A DNA stretch of 64,000 nt, from the NCBI RefSeq assembly GCF_001194135.2, contig NC_068983.1, forward strand, positions 7,711,481-7,775,480. Direction: 5' to 3'. The notes beneath the pieces are model-generated. The model worked only from the letters and a program-made list of their open reading frames with translations. It searched no databases and was not told the DNA's origin. The DNA comes from Octopus bimaculoides (Eukaryota). Both the position numbers and the translations under genes were made by a program. Of the stretch, positions 14,185-25,945 are shown one piece after another (the stretch's first letter is position 1; each line of letters opens with the position of its first letter).

Positions 14185-15050
14185 TGTGTGTGTGTATATG
14201 CGTATATATTTATATACATATATATATATGTATACATATATATATGTACATGTATATATANNNNNNNNNNNNNNNNNNNNNNNNNNNNNNNNNNNNNNNN
14301 NNNNNNNNNNNNNNNNNNNNNNNNNNNNNNNNNNNNNNNNNNNNNNNNNNNNNNNNNNNNNNNNNNNNNNNNNNNNNNNNNNNNNNNNNNNNNNNNNNNN
14401 NNNNNNNNNNNNNNNNNNNNNNNNNNNNNNNNNNNNNNNNNNNNNNNNNNNNNNNNNNNNNNNNNNNNNNNNNNNNNNNNNNNNNNNNNNNNNNNNNNNN
14501 NNNNNNNNNNNNNNNNNNNNNNNNNNNNNNNNNNNNNNNNNNNNNNNNNNNNNNNNNNNNNNNNNNNNNNNNNNNNNNNNNNNNNNNNNNNNNNNNNNNN
14601 NNNNNNNNNNNNNNNNNNNNNNNNNNNNNNNNNNNNNNNNNNNNNNNNNNNNNNNNNNNNNNNNNNNNNNNNNNNNNNNNNNNNNNNNNNNNNNNNNNNN
14701 NNNNNNNNNNNNNNNNNNNNNNNNNNNNNNNNNNNNNNNNNNNNNNNNNNNNNNNNNNNNNNNNNNNNNNNNNNNNNNNNNNNNNNNNNNNNNNNNNNNN
14801 NNNNNCTTGTGCGGGTGGCACATAAAAGACACCATTTCGAGCGTGGCTGTTGCCAGTATCGCCTGACTGGCCTTCGTGCAGGTGACACGTAAAAGCACCT
14901 ACTACACTCTCTGAGTGGTTGGCATTAGGAAGGGCATCCAGCTGTAGAAACTCTGCCAGATCAGATTGGAGCCTGGTGTTGCCATCCGGTTTCACCAGTC
15001 CTCAGTCAAATTAGTCCAACCCATGCTAGCATGGAAAGCGGACGTTAAAC

Positions 15051-15083
<33 letters not shown>

Positions 15084-16834
15084 ATATTTATATATACCTC
15101 CTTCTCTCTCCCTCTCTGTCTCTCTCTCTATGTTTCTGTTTATGGGGAATAACTTCCCTTTTAATCACAAATACTTCAAACAAATACCTGTTATACAATG
15201 GTGATGTTTTTGTTTGAAACATAGCACGGAGGTAACAGAACGTATTACACTCTAATGCTTCAGCTGCTGGTTCTTTTTCCTAGACTGACACTTCATTTTA
15301 TTGATTTCCAGAAGCATGAATGGCAAAGTTGACCTTGGCATGGTTTGAAACCAGAATGCTAACAGCCAGAATAAATACCACGAAGACTCTGCCAATTTGC
15401 TACCTATTGGTCTTCCAAGGTCCTTTGCAGTATTATCACCTATGTGAAAATAGTTTGATAGGCACAGACGTAGCTGTGAGGTAAGAAGCTTGCTTCCCAA
15501 CCACACGGGTTCAGCTTCAGGGTTTTCCATGTGATCCATGTTCTTTCCAGGTTATGCTATTATGCTGATTAATACTGTGTCAAATGTGTCAATTAGTGGT
15601 CATCATCATCATCATGATCACAGTCGTTTAACGTCCGCTTTCCATGCTAGCATGGGTTGGACGATTTGACTGAGGACTCGTGGACCAGGAAGCGACACCA
15701 GGCTCCAATCTGATTTGGCAGAGTTTCTACAGCTGGATGCCCTTCCTAACGCCAACCACTCCGGGAGTGTAGTGGGTGCTTTTACGTGCCAACGGCATGA
15801 GGGCCGGTCAGGCAGTACTGGCAACGGCCACGCTCAAAATGGTGTATTTTATGTGCCACCTGCACAGGGCCAGTCCAGGGGCACTGGCAATGATCTCGCT
15901 CGGATGTCATACTGGCAAAGGCCATGCTCGAAATGGTGTATTACGTGTCACCTGCACAGGAACCAGTCCATCGGCACTGGCAATGATCTTGCTCGAATGT
16001 CTTTTCACGTGCCACTGGCACAAGTGCTAGGAAGGTGACGTTGCAACGATCTCGCTCGAATGTCTTTTCACGTGCCACTGTCATTGATAATTTTTTTTCC
16101 TTACATTAATGATGTCAGTGACATATATTAAAAGTCCCCTTATAGAACTATATTCATAAAAATGTAAAGAACTATATTATCACCCTCAAATTTGAGAAAC
16201 AAACACTTATGTCTTTTTTCTTTTAAAACTTAATTGCATGAGATTGATACCGTGGAATTCCTCGAAGTGAGCTCTATCATTTATGCTTAATTAAAATATA
16301 GTTTGGTGCTAAGTAGCTTGCTTACCAACTACATGGTTCTGGGTTCAGTCCCACTGCATGGCACCTTGGGCAAGTGTCTTCTACTATAGCCTTGGGCTGA
16401 CCAAAGCCTTGTGAGTGGATTTGGTAGACAGAAACTGAAAGAAGCCTGTCATATATATATGTATATATATATATATGTATGTATGTATGTGTATATGTTT
16501 GTGTCTGTGTTTGTCCCCCCAACATCACTTGACAACCGATGCTGGTGCGTTTATATCCCTGTTACTTAGCGGTTAAACACACACACACACACACACACAC
16601 ATGTACGCATATACACACATGCATACATATGAGTGCATACATATACCAACTGAATATAAGGTTTGTTAAGAAAGCATTCAGTTGATGCCTACATCCACTG
16701 ATGTTGATGCTGATAAATACCATAGCGACAACAAACGCCCACTCATCCAGAAATAACAACAACGATTGCAACATTTACAAGGTCTTCATAAAGAAGTATC
16801 TGATATAATACTTTTATTATTAATATCCTTTCCT

Positions 16835-17941
16835 CCTCAAGGCACAAGGCCCGAAATATTTTGGGGAGTGGGGGGGGGGCAGTCGATTAGATCGACCCCA
16901 GTATGCAACTGGTACTTAATTTATTGACTCAGAATGTATGAAAGCAAAGTCGACCTCAGTGGAATTTGAACTCAGAACGTAGCGATGGTTGAAATACCTC
17001 TAAGTATTTTGCCTGGTGTGCTAACGTTTCTTCCAGCTCAGCACCTTTCAAAACATATTCCTTTCTACTCTAAGTACAATGCCCGAAATTTCTGGGGAGG
17101 GAGCCAGTTGATTAGATTGACCCCAGTGGTGCTTAATTTATCGACCCTGAAAAGATGAAAAGTAAAGTCGACCTCAGCAGAATTTGAACTCAGAATNNNN
17201 NNNNNNNNNNNNNNNNNNNNNNNNNNNNNNNNNNNNNNNNNNNNNNNNNNNNNNNNNNNNNNNNNNNNNNNNNNNNNNNNNNNNNNNNNNNNNNNNNNNN
17301 NNNNNNNNNNNNNNNNNNNNNNNNNNNNNNNNNNNNNNNNNNNNNNNNNNNNNNNNNNNNNNNNNNGGATTAAGTCAATTACATCGACCCCAGTGCGTAA
17401 CTGGTACTTAATTTATCGACCCCGAAAGGATGAAAGGCAAAGTCGACCATGGCGGAATTTGAACTCAGAATGTAGCGGCAGACAAAATACCGCTAAGCAT
17501 TTCACCCGGCGTGCTAACGTTTCTACCAGTTCGCCACCTTTCAAAAGATATTCTTTTCTACTCTAGCCACAAGGCCCGAAATTTTTGGGAAGGGAGTCAG
17601 TCGATTAGATTATCCCCAGTGGTGCTTAATTTATCGACCCCGAAAGGAAGAAAGGCAAAGCCAACTTCGGTAGAATTTGAACTCAGAACGTAAAGGCATA
17701 TGAAATACTGCTATGCACTTTGCCTGGCATGCTAACAGTTCTGCCAACTCACAATCTTACACTTATTACTAATATTAATGATATACAACTAATATTTTCT
17801 GAGTTCAAATTTCGCTGAGGTCGACTTTGCCTTTCATGCTTTCGGGGTCAATAAATTAAGTACCAGTTGCATACTGGGGTCGATCTAATCAACTGACTCC
17901 CTCCACCAAAATTTCAGGCCTTGTGCCTAGAACAGAAAAGA
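16835..17941. mobile_element. Cluster of SINE family B: four tandem minus copies and one inverted 5'-truncated plus copy
   Basis: Repeated ...gcacaaggcccgaaat...gtcgacctcggcggaatttgaactcagaacg...gctaacgtttct. The plus copy 17797-17941 is flanked by a 16-bp duplication atatacaactaatatt. Other copies at about 13053-13277, 31460-31860, 49095-49300, 54170-54690. Confidence 0.88.
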
Positions 17942-17959
17942 ATATACAACTAATATTAA

Positions 17960-19037
17960 TTATAAGGTTATCATGTCCCTCAAAGGATTCTGTAAACTAC
18001 GAAACAAATGGTAGTCTGAAGGAGCAAAGTTGGGAGAAAAAGGTGGATGAGGAATTTTTTCCCAACCAAGCTCTTCGATCTTCTGTGATGTGATATTTGC
18101 AGTGTGGGATCGCGCATTGTCCTGATGAAACATCACTCCTTTTCGATTCACTGAAGCGTGTCTTTTTTTCTTCAAAGCTTGGTTCAAACGCTCCAATTGC
18201 TGACAGTAGACGTGAGCATTGATTGTTGCATTAGGTGGTAACAATTTAAAGTGAATTACTCTTTTGCAATCCCACCAGATAGAGAGAAGAACCTTTTTCC
18301 CATGAAGTTCCCTTCTCGGTTGTGATTGAGCTTTTTTCCTTTTACCAAGCCACTGTTTACGAGGTTGAACATTTCGATAGAAGATCCATTTTTCATCACC
18401 AGTTACAAGTCTATCCAAAAAGGGTGAAATGAGTTCGCGAGAATGGAGAGAAGAACAGATGTCAGCTTGGGATTTGCAGTTACTTTCGGACAATTCATGA
18501 GGCACCTATTTTCCAAGTTTAGGAACCTTTCCAAGTTGTTGAAGACGATGATGAACAGTTGTATGGTTTGAACTAAGCATTATTGCCAATTCTTCAACTG
18601 ATAATGCAGGATTTTCTTCAAGTAATGCCTCAAGGAGCTTATCATCAAACTCAACTGGACGTCCTGTTCGATGTTCATCTTCAAGGCTGAAATCTCCACT
18701 TCTGAATGTTGCAAACCATCTTCTGCAAGTTCTTTCATTCACGCATTCTTTCCCATAAACTGAGTGTATGTTTCGAGTCGCTTCGGCTGCAGAGTTTCTT
18801 TATGTGTACTCATAACGCATTATGTGCCTTAAATGCTCTTTGGATACTTCCATGTTAGAAAAGGTTTTAATCAAAGAAATTTTAATTCTGTTATTCTGCA
18901 AAATAATATTTGATTAGTTTAAATGTGCATAAATGCATAAAAATAATTTTTAATTCCATTAGACATTGTAAGATACTATTATATTTCATTCAATTTTAAA
19001 AAGGGTAAAATCGGACAGAACTTATGGGATGACTTGA
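17960..19037 (-). mobile_element. Mariner (Mos1-like DD34D) transposon, 3'-truncated pseudogene
   Basis: ATG at 18853 (MEVSKEHLRH...), helix-turn-helix, RLVTGDEKWIFY, FHQDNARSH, FAPSDYHLF. Two in-frame stops and no frameshift. TIR-like end plus TA at about 19004-19039. Confidence 0.92.
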
Positions 19038-19869
19038 TATATATATATATTAGATGCATATACTGACATCACTCTGTGTGTGTATATATATGTGCATGTG
19101 TGTGTATATATGCACACTTATGTATGTATGTGTATATGTGTAAGTGTGCATATACTCACACAAATATGTAGACATAGATGTACACACATATGAAGGAAGA
19201 GAGAATCTATATACAAGTGTATATATAAAAACGTTAGTATAGAATGTGTATAGAGGTATGATAGTAATTATATAATTACTAAAGATGTATGGAATATACA
19301 CTTGTGTTTGTAAGTATGTATATGTATAGCAATCTCTGTCTATTAATATATAAATATCTATATCCTCTGCACATGTGTATGTATAAATATGCCTGTGTCT
19401 ACATATGTTTCTATGCACACACCTGTTTACATATACACACATTAATGTGTGTGTGTGTGTGTATATATAAATATATATCTGTATGAATAAATGTATGAAT
19501 GTATATATGCATGTAAGCGTCTGTCTCTATGTGGGTATATGCACACACATCTACATATGTTCATATGTATTTATAAATCTGTGTACTGTGTTGTATGTAA
19601 GTATACAAATGCACAAATGTGTATATGTATGCATTCATGTCTGTATGTATGTGCATATGTTTGTACGAGCATCTGTATGTAATCACATGTTTCTATCACA
19701 CACGCTATTTCACGTCGTGGCATGTTTTTTCTGTCTCCAATGAAGGAGAATTGATTAAACCAGCTCGATTGGCAAATACACACCAGCTCTTGCCAGAGTC
19801 ACTGAGAAGGGATGAAGATAAAATCACAGAAATAGAGATGTAAGTGTTTTTGGTCCTATGTTGTGTTAC

Positions 19870-20421
19870 AATTATTGACTGAATTTTCCATCCGATATTA
19901 GGTAATCTTTAAGTTTAACCTACAAAACCCAGCTAAAATCAGTTCTTACTTAAATTACTTAAAGTACAATTTGTTAAATGGTAAATTTTTATTATAACAA
20001 ATACATAATTTTTATTGATACAAATTTCCCATATAATGTTGGGTAATCGTTAACTTTAACCTACAAAACCTATCAATCTCGCTCTCATTTTAACTATATA
20101 TTATTAAGTAGAAATTTCTGATATGTGGCTACATGGTAAGAAGTTTGCTTCCCAACTACATTGTTCTGAGTTCAGTCCCAGTGTGTGGTACCTTGGCCAA
20201 GTGTCTTCTGCTATAGCTTTGGGATCACCAAAGCCTTGTGAGTGGATTTGGTAGACGGAAGTTGAAAGAAGCCCATTGTATATATATATATATATATATA
20301 TNNNNNNNNNNNNNNNNNNNNNNNNNNNNNNNNNNNNNNNNNNNNNNNNNNNNNNNNNNNNNNNNNNNNNNNNNNNNNNNNNNTATATACATACATACAT
20401 ACATACATACATACATACATA

Positions 20422-20469
<48 letters not shown>

Positions 20470-21180
20470 CATACGTATATCCGTCCAACCCATGCCAGCA
20501 TGGAAAGCGGACGTTAAATGACGACTACAATGATGATGATGATGATGATGTATATGTATATGTATATATCTATGTGTGTATGTGTTTGTTTCTATCACCA
20601 CCTGACAACCAGCGCAGATATGTCTGCATGCCTGTAACTTAGTGGTTCAGCATAAGATACTGGTATAATATGAACCAGGCTTAAAAAAAAAAAAAAAAAA
20701 AAGTACTAGGGTTGATTTGTTTAACTAAAATTCTTCAAGGCAGTACCCCAGCATGGCCGCAGTCAAATGACTGAAACAAGTAAACAATAATAAAGATAAA
20801 AGAAATACAGTTTTATTGAATTTCTAACTTGTAAAATCTACCGCATTTCAGCTCAGATTTTAACTGTATTAGATTACATAGAAAATGTTGGCATTTCCAA
20901 TAAATACAGTTTTATTGACACAAATTTATAAATAATACAAGGTAACCATTAAGATTAACCTGCAAACCTTTCTATATTCCAGCACTCATTTCAGCTATAT
21001 AAGATTAAATGAATAATTTTGATCTTCTCAATAAATGAATTTTTATTGATTCAAATTCCCATATAATGTTAGGTAATCTTTAAATTTACCTGTGAAATCT
21101 AGCAAAAAATCAACTAAAACCTAAATTATATTTGTTACATGCACAATTTTAATATTCTGAAGAAATATTCATCTTTCAAC
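19870..21180. repeat. Diverged AT-rich tandem repeat of about 135 bp, interrupted by SINE/RTE insertions
   Basis: ttttattga..caaatt.ccatataatgtt.ggtaatc.ttaa.tt.acct recurs near 19875, 20010, 20910 and 21045. Confidence 0.65.
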
Positions 21181-21636
21181 AAATGCTAATTTAGTAGTAT
21201 AAAACTTCTTTTTTTTTTCAATAATATGGATATATAAAGATAACTGTATAGTTTTAAGTTTTGTAGGTTAAAACTAAGGTTAACCCATAAATATTTCCAT
21301 TGTATTTTTACCATTATTGACTAATTATTTTTTTTATACAGTATTGTTCTAATACAATATTCGTTATTCGTTATTTGCATTAACTTTCTTTATACTGTTT
21401 TTGAAAAAAATATACATCATTTTTATATTTTGAAAAAAAATATATCATTTCTTTCTTCTTTGGTTGTGTGCTTAATATATGAATTTATAATTGTATATAT
21501 TTTAAAACATATTCTGGCTGAATATACACATGTACACACATGTGGGTATGGATATATGTTGCCACATGTGCCTATATATGTGTGAGAGTGTATGTGTGTA
21601 TGTGTTTGACTATATGTACATGTCTAATACAGTGCA

Positions 21637-21709
<73 letters not shown>

Positions 21710-22005
21710 TACATATATATATATATACACACATACATATACGTTTATAAATATATTTATATGTTTGATATTTGTCTTATACATGCACACATGTACATAC
21801 ACACACACACACACAAACACACACCCATACATATGTATATATATGTACACACACACACTCATTCATATATATTTATATATACATGTACAAGTATGCGTGT
21901 ACTACACATATGAAGCAGGATTCACAAGAGTTGCCTGCAATCAATAAGTGAAGTGTGAAGTGTTGGTTTCACTTGGTTAAACTTGTTAAACTAACACACG
22001 CGTGT

Positions 22006-22155
<150 letters not shown>

Positions 22156-22614
22156 TATATACATATACATGTGTATGTGTGTGTGTGTGTGTGTGTGGGC
22201 GTGCATGCATGTGTTTGTGTGTCTGAGTCTGTGCATATACATTTATAGTTCATACTCCATGATCTATGTACTGGTTAAGCTATAGATTGAGTAGTGCATA
22301 TTACATAGCAGTTGTAGTACATAGTATGCACTAGATTATTTCACACAATAGATTAAAATGTATGCCTATCGTATTTTCAGTATGACCTGGTATCAAGTAC
22401 CATGCATTCAAGCTTTGTTTTGGATATCTGTGCAATTGTAAGCAGACACTGAGATCCCTTGCCCCTTCCAGTGCCTGAAGTAGGGTCAATGACCACTGGA
22501 AAGTCTGAGGGGGTGTCAATGACCCCTTGGAACATCTAAAATAGCACAACTGCCCCAGTACTTTACTGGGACTCGTTTTAGCTAAATTGATTGGCACAAT
22601 GTAAATCGTTTGTT

Positions 22615-22897
22615 CATTCATCGTTTAACGTCCGCTTTCCATGCTAGCATGGGTTGGACGATTTGACTGAGGACTGGCAAACCAGATGGCTACACCAGGC
22701 TCCAATTTGATTTGGCAGAGTTTCTACAGCTGGATGCCCTTCCTAACGCCAACCACTCCAAGAGTGTAGTGGGTGCTTTTACGTGCCACCAGCATGAGGG
22801 CCAGTCAGGCAGTACTGGCAATGGCCACACTCAAAATGGTGTATTTTACGTGCCATCTGCACAGGAGCCAGTCCAGCGACACTGGCAACGACCTCAG
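22615..22897 (-). mobile_element. RTE-tail repeat, representative minus copy (also about 6985-7260, 15600-16080, 23870-24235, 48160-48420; plus copies about 5300-5735, 9770-9990, 11285-11430, 14805-15085)
   Basis: Recurring catcgtttaacgtccgctttccatgctagcatgggttggac...ctggatgcccttcctaacgccaacc in many copies. Confidence 0.9.
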
Positions 22898-23390
22898 TAA
22901 CTTATTCAAGTAAACTACATTTGACTTGGCCTGGGAATCGAACCCATGACCTAATTATTGCCAGCCCATGCCTCAACCACAAGGCCACACTCTTTCACAC
23001 ATACTATATACTAGATGTAATATATGCTATATGCACTTCATAGTAACTGGCACGCTGTTGGTTACGATGATATGTGTTCCTGTTGATCTGGACTATGGCA
23101 CAGCCTGCTCTTATAATTAACATGCAAGTGGTTGAGTACTACACAGTCATGTCTATGCTTAATGCAGTTCTCAGGGAGATTCAGCATGACACACCAAATG
23201 TGATAATGCTGGCCCTTTGAATTCCAGATTATGCTGGTCCTTTGAATTCCAGGTGCAACTCATTTTTGCCAGCTGAGTGGATTGGAGCAACATGAAATAA
23301 AGTGTCTTGCTGAAGGACACAACACACGACCAGGAATCAAACCCACGACCTTACGACTATATACATGACTAGTATATGTATATAGGCGTA

Positions 23391-23808
23391 GGCGTAGGAG
23401 TGGCTGTGTGGTAAGTAGCTAGCTTACCAACCACATGGTCCCGGGTTCAGTCCCACTGCGTGGCATCTTGGGCAAGTGTCTTCTACTATAGCCTCGGGCC
23501 GACCAAAGCCTTGTGAGTGGATTTGGTAGACGGAAACTGAAAGAAGCCCGTCGTATATATGTATATATATATGTATGTGTGTGTATATGTTTGTATGTGT
23601 GTGTTTGTCCCCCCTATCATCGCTTGACAACCGATGCTGGTGTGTTTATGTCCCCGTAACTTAGCGGTTCGGCAAAAGAGATCGATAGAATAAGTACTAG
23701 GCTTCGAAAGAATAAGTCCTGGGGTCGATTTGCTCGACTAAAGGCGGTGCTCCAGCATGGCCACAGTCAAAAGACTGAAACAAGTAAAAGAGTAAAAGAG
23801 TAAAAGAG
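23391..23808 (+). mobile_element. tRNA-derived SINE family A, full-length copy (minus copies about 6366-6737, 29407-29800, 42225-42610, 53070-53757, 57900-58243; many partials)
   Basis: Head with A/B-box-like tggctgtgtggtaag...ggttcagtccc, conserved body, internal (TA/TG)n, (gagtaaaa)n tail. Confidence 0.9.
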
Positions 23809-24019
23809 TATCATCGTCATCATCATCATCATCATCATCATCGTCGTCGTCGTCATCATCGTCATCGTCGTTTAACGTCTGCTTTCCATGCTGGCATGGG
23901 TTGGATGGTTTGACTGAGGACTGGCCAGCCGGGAGGCTGCACCAGGCTCCAATCTGCTCTGGCAAGGTTTCTATAACTCCAAGAGTGTAGTGGGTGCTTT
24001 TTATGTGCCATTGGCAACG

Positions 24020-24235
24020 ACCACGCTTGAATGGTGCTTTTTACGTGTCACTGGCACAGGAGCGAGCCAGTCAGGCAGCACTGGCAATGACCACGCTCAA
24101 ATGGTGCTTTTTACATGTCACTGGCACGGGAGCCAATCAGGCGGCACTGGCAGCGACCATGCTCAAATGGTGCTTTTTACGTGTCACTGGCATGGGAGCC
24201 AGTCAGGCGGCACTGGCAATGGCCACGCTCGAATG
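24020..24235. repeat. About 66-bp tandem repeat (3+ units) inside an RTE-tail copy; similar expansion at about 15830-16080
   Basis: caatgaccacgctcaaatggtgctttttacgtgtcactggcac..gagccagtcaggcggcactgg repeated. Confidence 0.85.
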
Positions 24236-25343
24236 TATACATATAGGCGCAGGAGTGGCTGTGTGGTAAGTAGCTTGCTTACCAACCACATGGCTCCGTG
24301 TTCAGTCCCACTATGTGGCACCTTCGGCAAGTGTCTTCTACTATAGCCTCCAGCCAACCAAAGCCTTGTGAGTGGATTTGGTAGACAGAAACTGGAAGAT
24401 TTGGTAGTCGGAAACTGGTGGATTCATCACCATCATCATCATTAACGTCATCATCATTATCATAATCTAAAAACGTTCCTAGACATTAAACAATTTTTTA
24501 AACTTGATATCTTTTCTCGTAGAACACTTCGGAGGGATTTTTACTACCTCGGCAAGATAGGATTTTCTTTAGTTGGATATATAAACGCACTCAGTTTGTT
24601 TCCATTATATTCAACCCCTCGTGGCCACTGCTATTTAACAGCGATAATTCATGGGAACCTGTCTCACTGAACACCGACTGAAAACGCGAGGAGTTGCAAA
24701 AACATCTAGATGTCTCGGATGCTCTACCGTAAGGTAATTATAAATACGTTCTATCTATACATCTGTGTTCCTTGATTATGAGTAGCCTGGCTAAGGCTGT
24801 CCCCAATCTTGCCTTATAAGCAGTCCACATCTACTTGCCTCCAATCTAACATTTCTACAATCTTTATGTATCTGCCTTCCATCGCGCCAACGCTGATGTT
24901 TGAAGCTCTACTCATTTTCGCCATTTGAATGGATTGGAGTAACGTAAACTGAAGCATTTTGGTCGAGAACATAGCACATAACCCAGTCCAGAAATCAGCA
25001 CTTACACACACACACAAAGTAGTAGCCATTGGTGTGGGTGCTTGTATATATATATATATATATNNNNNNNNNNNNNNNNNNNNNNNNNNNNNNNNNNNNN
25101 NNNNNNNNNNNNNNNNNNNNNNNNNNNNNNNNNNNNNNNNNNNNNNNNNNNATATATATGAATTTATATCACTGTATCAACTAGATCATCATATGTTATT
25201 ATACACCATTGGTCACGATGCGCTTCCTCGTATTGCGGTAGCTTTCGAATGATGCCACTCCGCTGGTTAGACAAGCAGGCCAACATTCTGTTTCCAGTCC
25301 GTCTCGTAACAGGGTTACCGATTTAAATGTGACTGGATTGGAG

Positions 25344-25945
25344 TACGAGGGGCGTTCATTAAAGATTTCCCCTGACCCACTTCCCAAGGACTGGGATAAA
25401 CGAAACTTGCCATAATTATTAATCCTTCTCTACATAGTCACTACCAATGGTGACACACTTCTCTCATTGCTTTATGAAGCTGTGAAGACCTCGTCTGTTG
25501 AGAAGCTGGTAGGTTGCGTCTGGAGCCAAGACATTACTTCAGAAAGAAGTTCATTATCATCCGAAAAGTGCTTCCCCTTCAAAAAAGACTTTATGGTTAG
25601 AAAGAGGAGGAAGTCAGATGTTGCAAGATCGGAAGAATAAGGGAGATGAGGAAGAATTTCATAGCTGCAGGAGTGTGCTTTCGTCTGAGCAACATGCGCA
25701 TTGTGAATTGCGGCATTGTCTTGGAGGCGGCGGACTTCTTTGGTCAGCATGCCACGCCGCTTTGCTTTGAGGGCGCCACAAAAGCATATGCCTCGTTAAT
25801 TGTGGTGCCCTTTACCAGAAAATCCATCGCCACTACTCCGCGCTGGTCTCAAAAGACTGAGTATCACCATACCTGCTGAGGGTTGGACACGAGCCTTCTT
25901 TGGAGGTGGTGAGTTATCATGCTTCCATTGCTTCAACTGAGAATC
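25344..25945 (-). mobile_element. Mariner transposon 3' portion, decayed
   Basis: QWKHDNSPPPKKAR, RLQDNAAIH, LPYSSDLATSDF, EKCVTIGSDYVE. TA plus TIR-like cgaggggcgttc at 25344. Confidence 0.85.
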
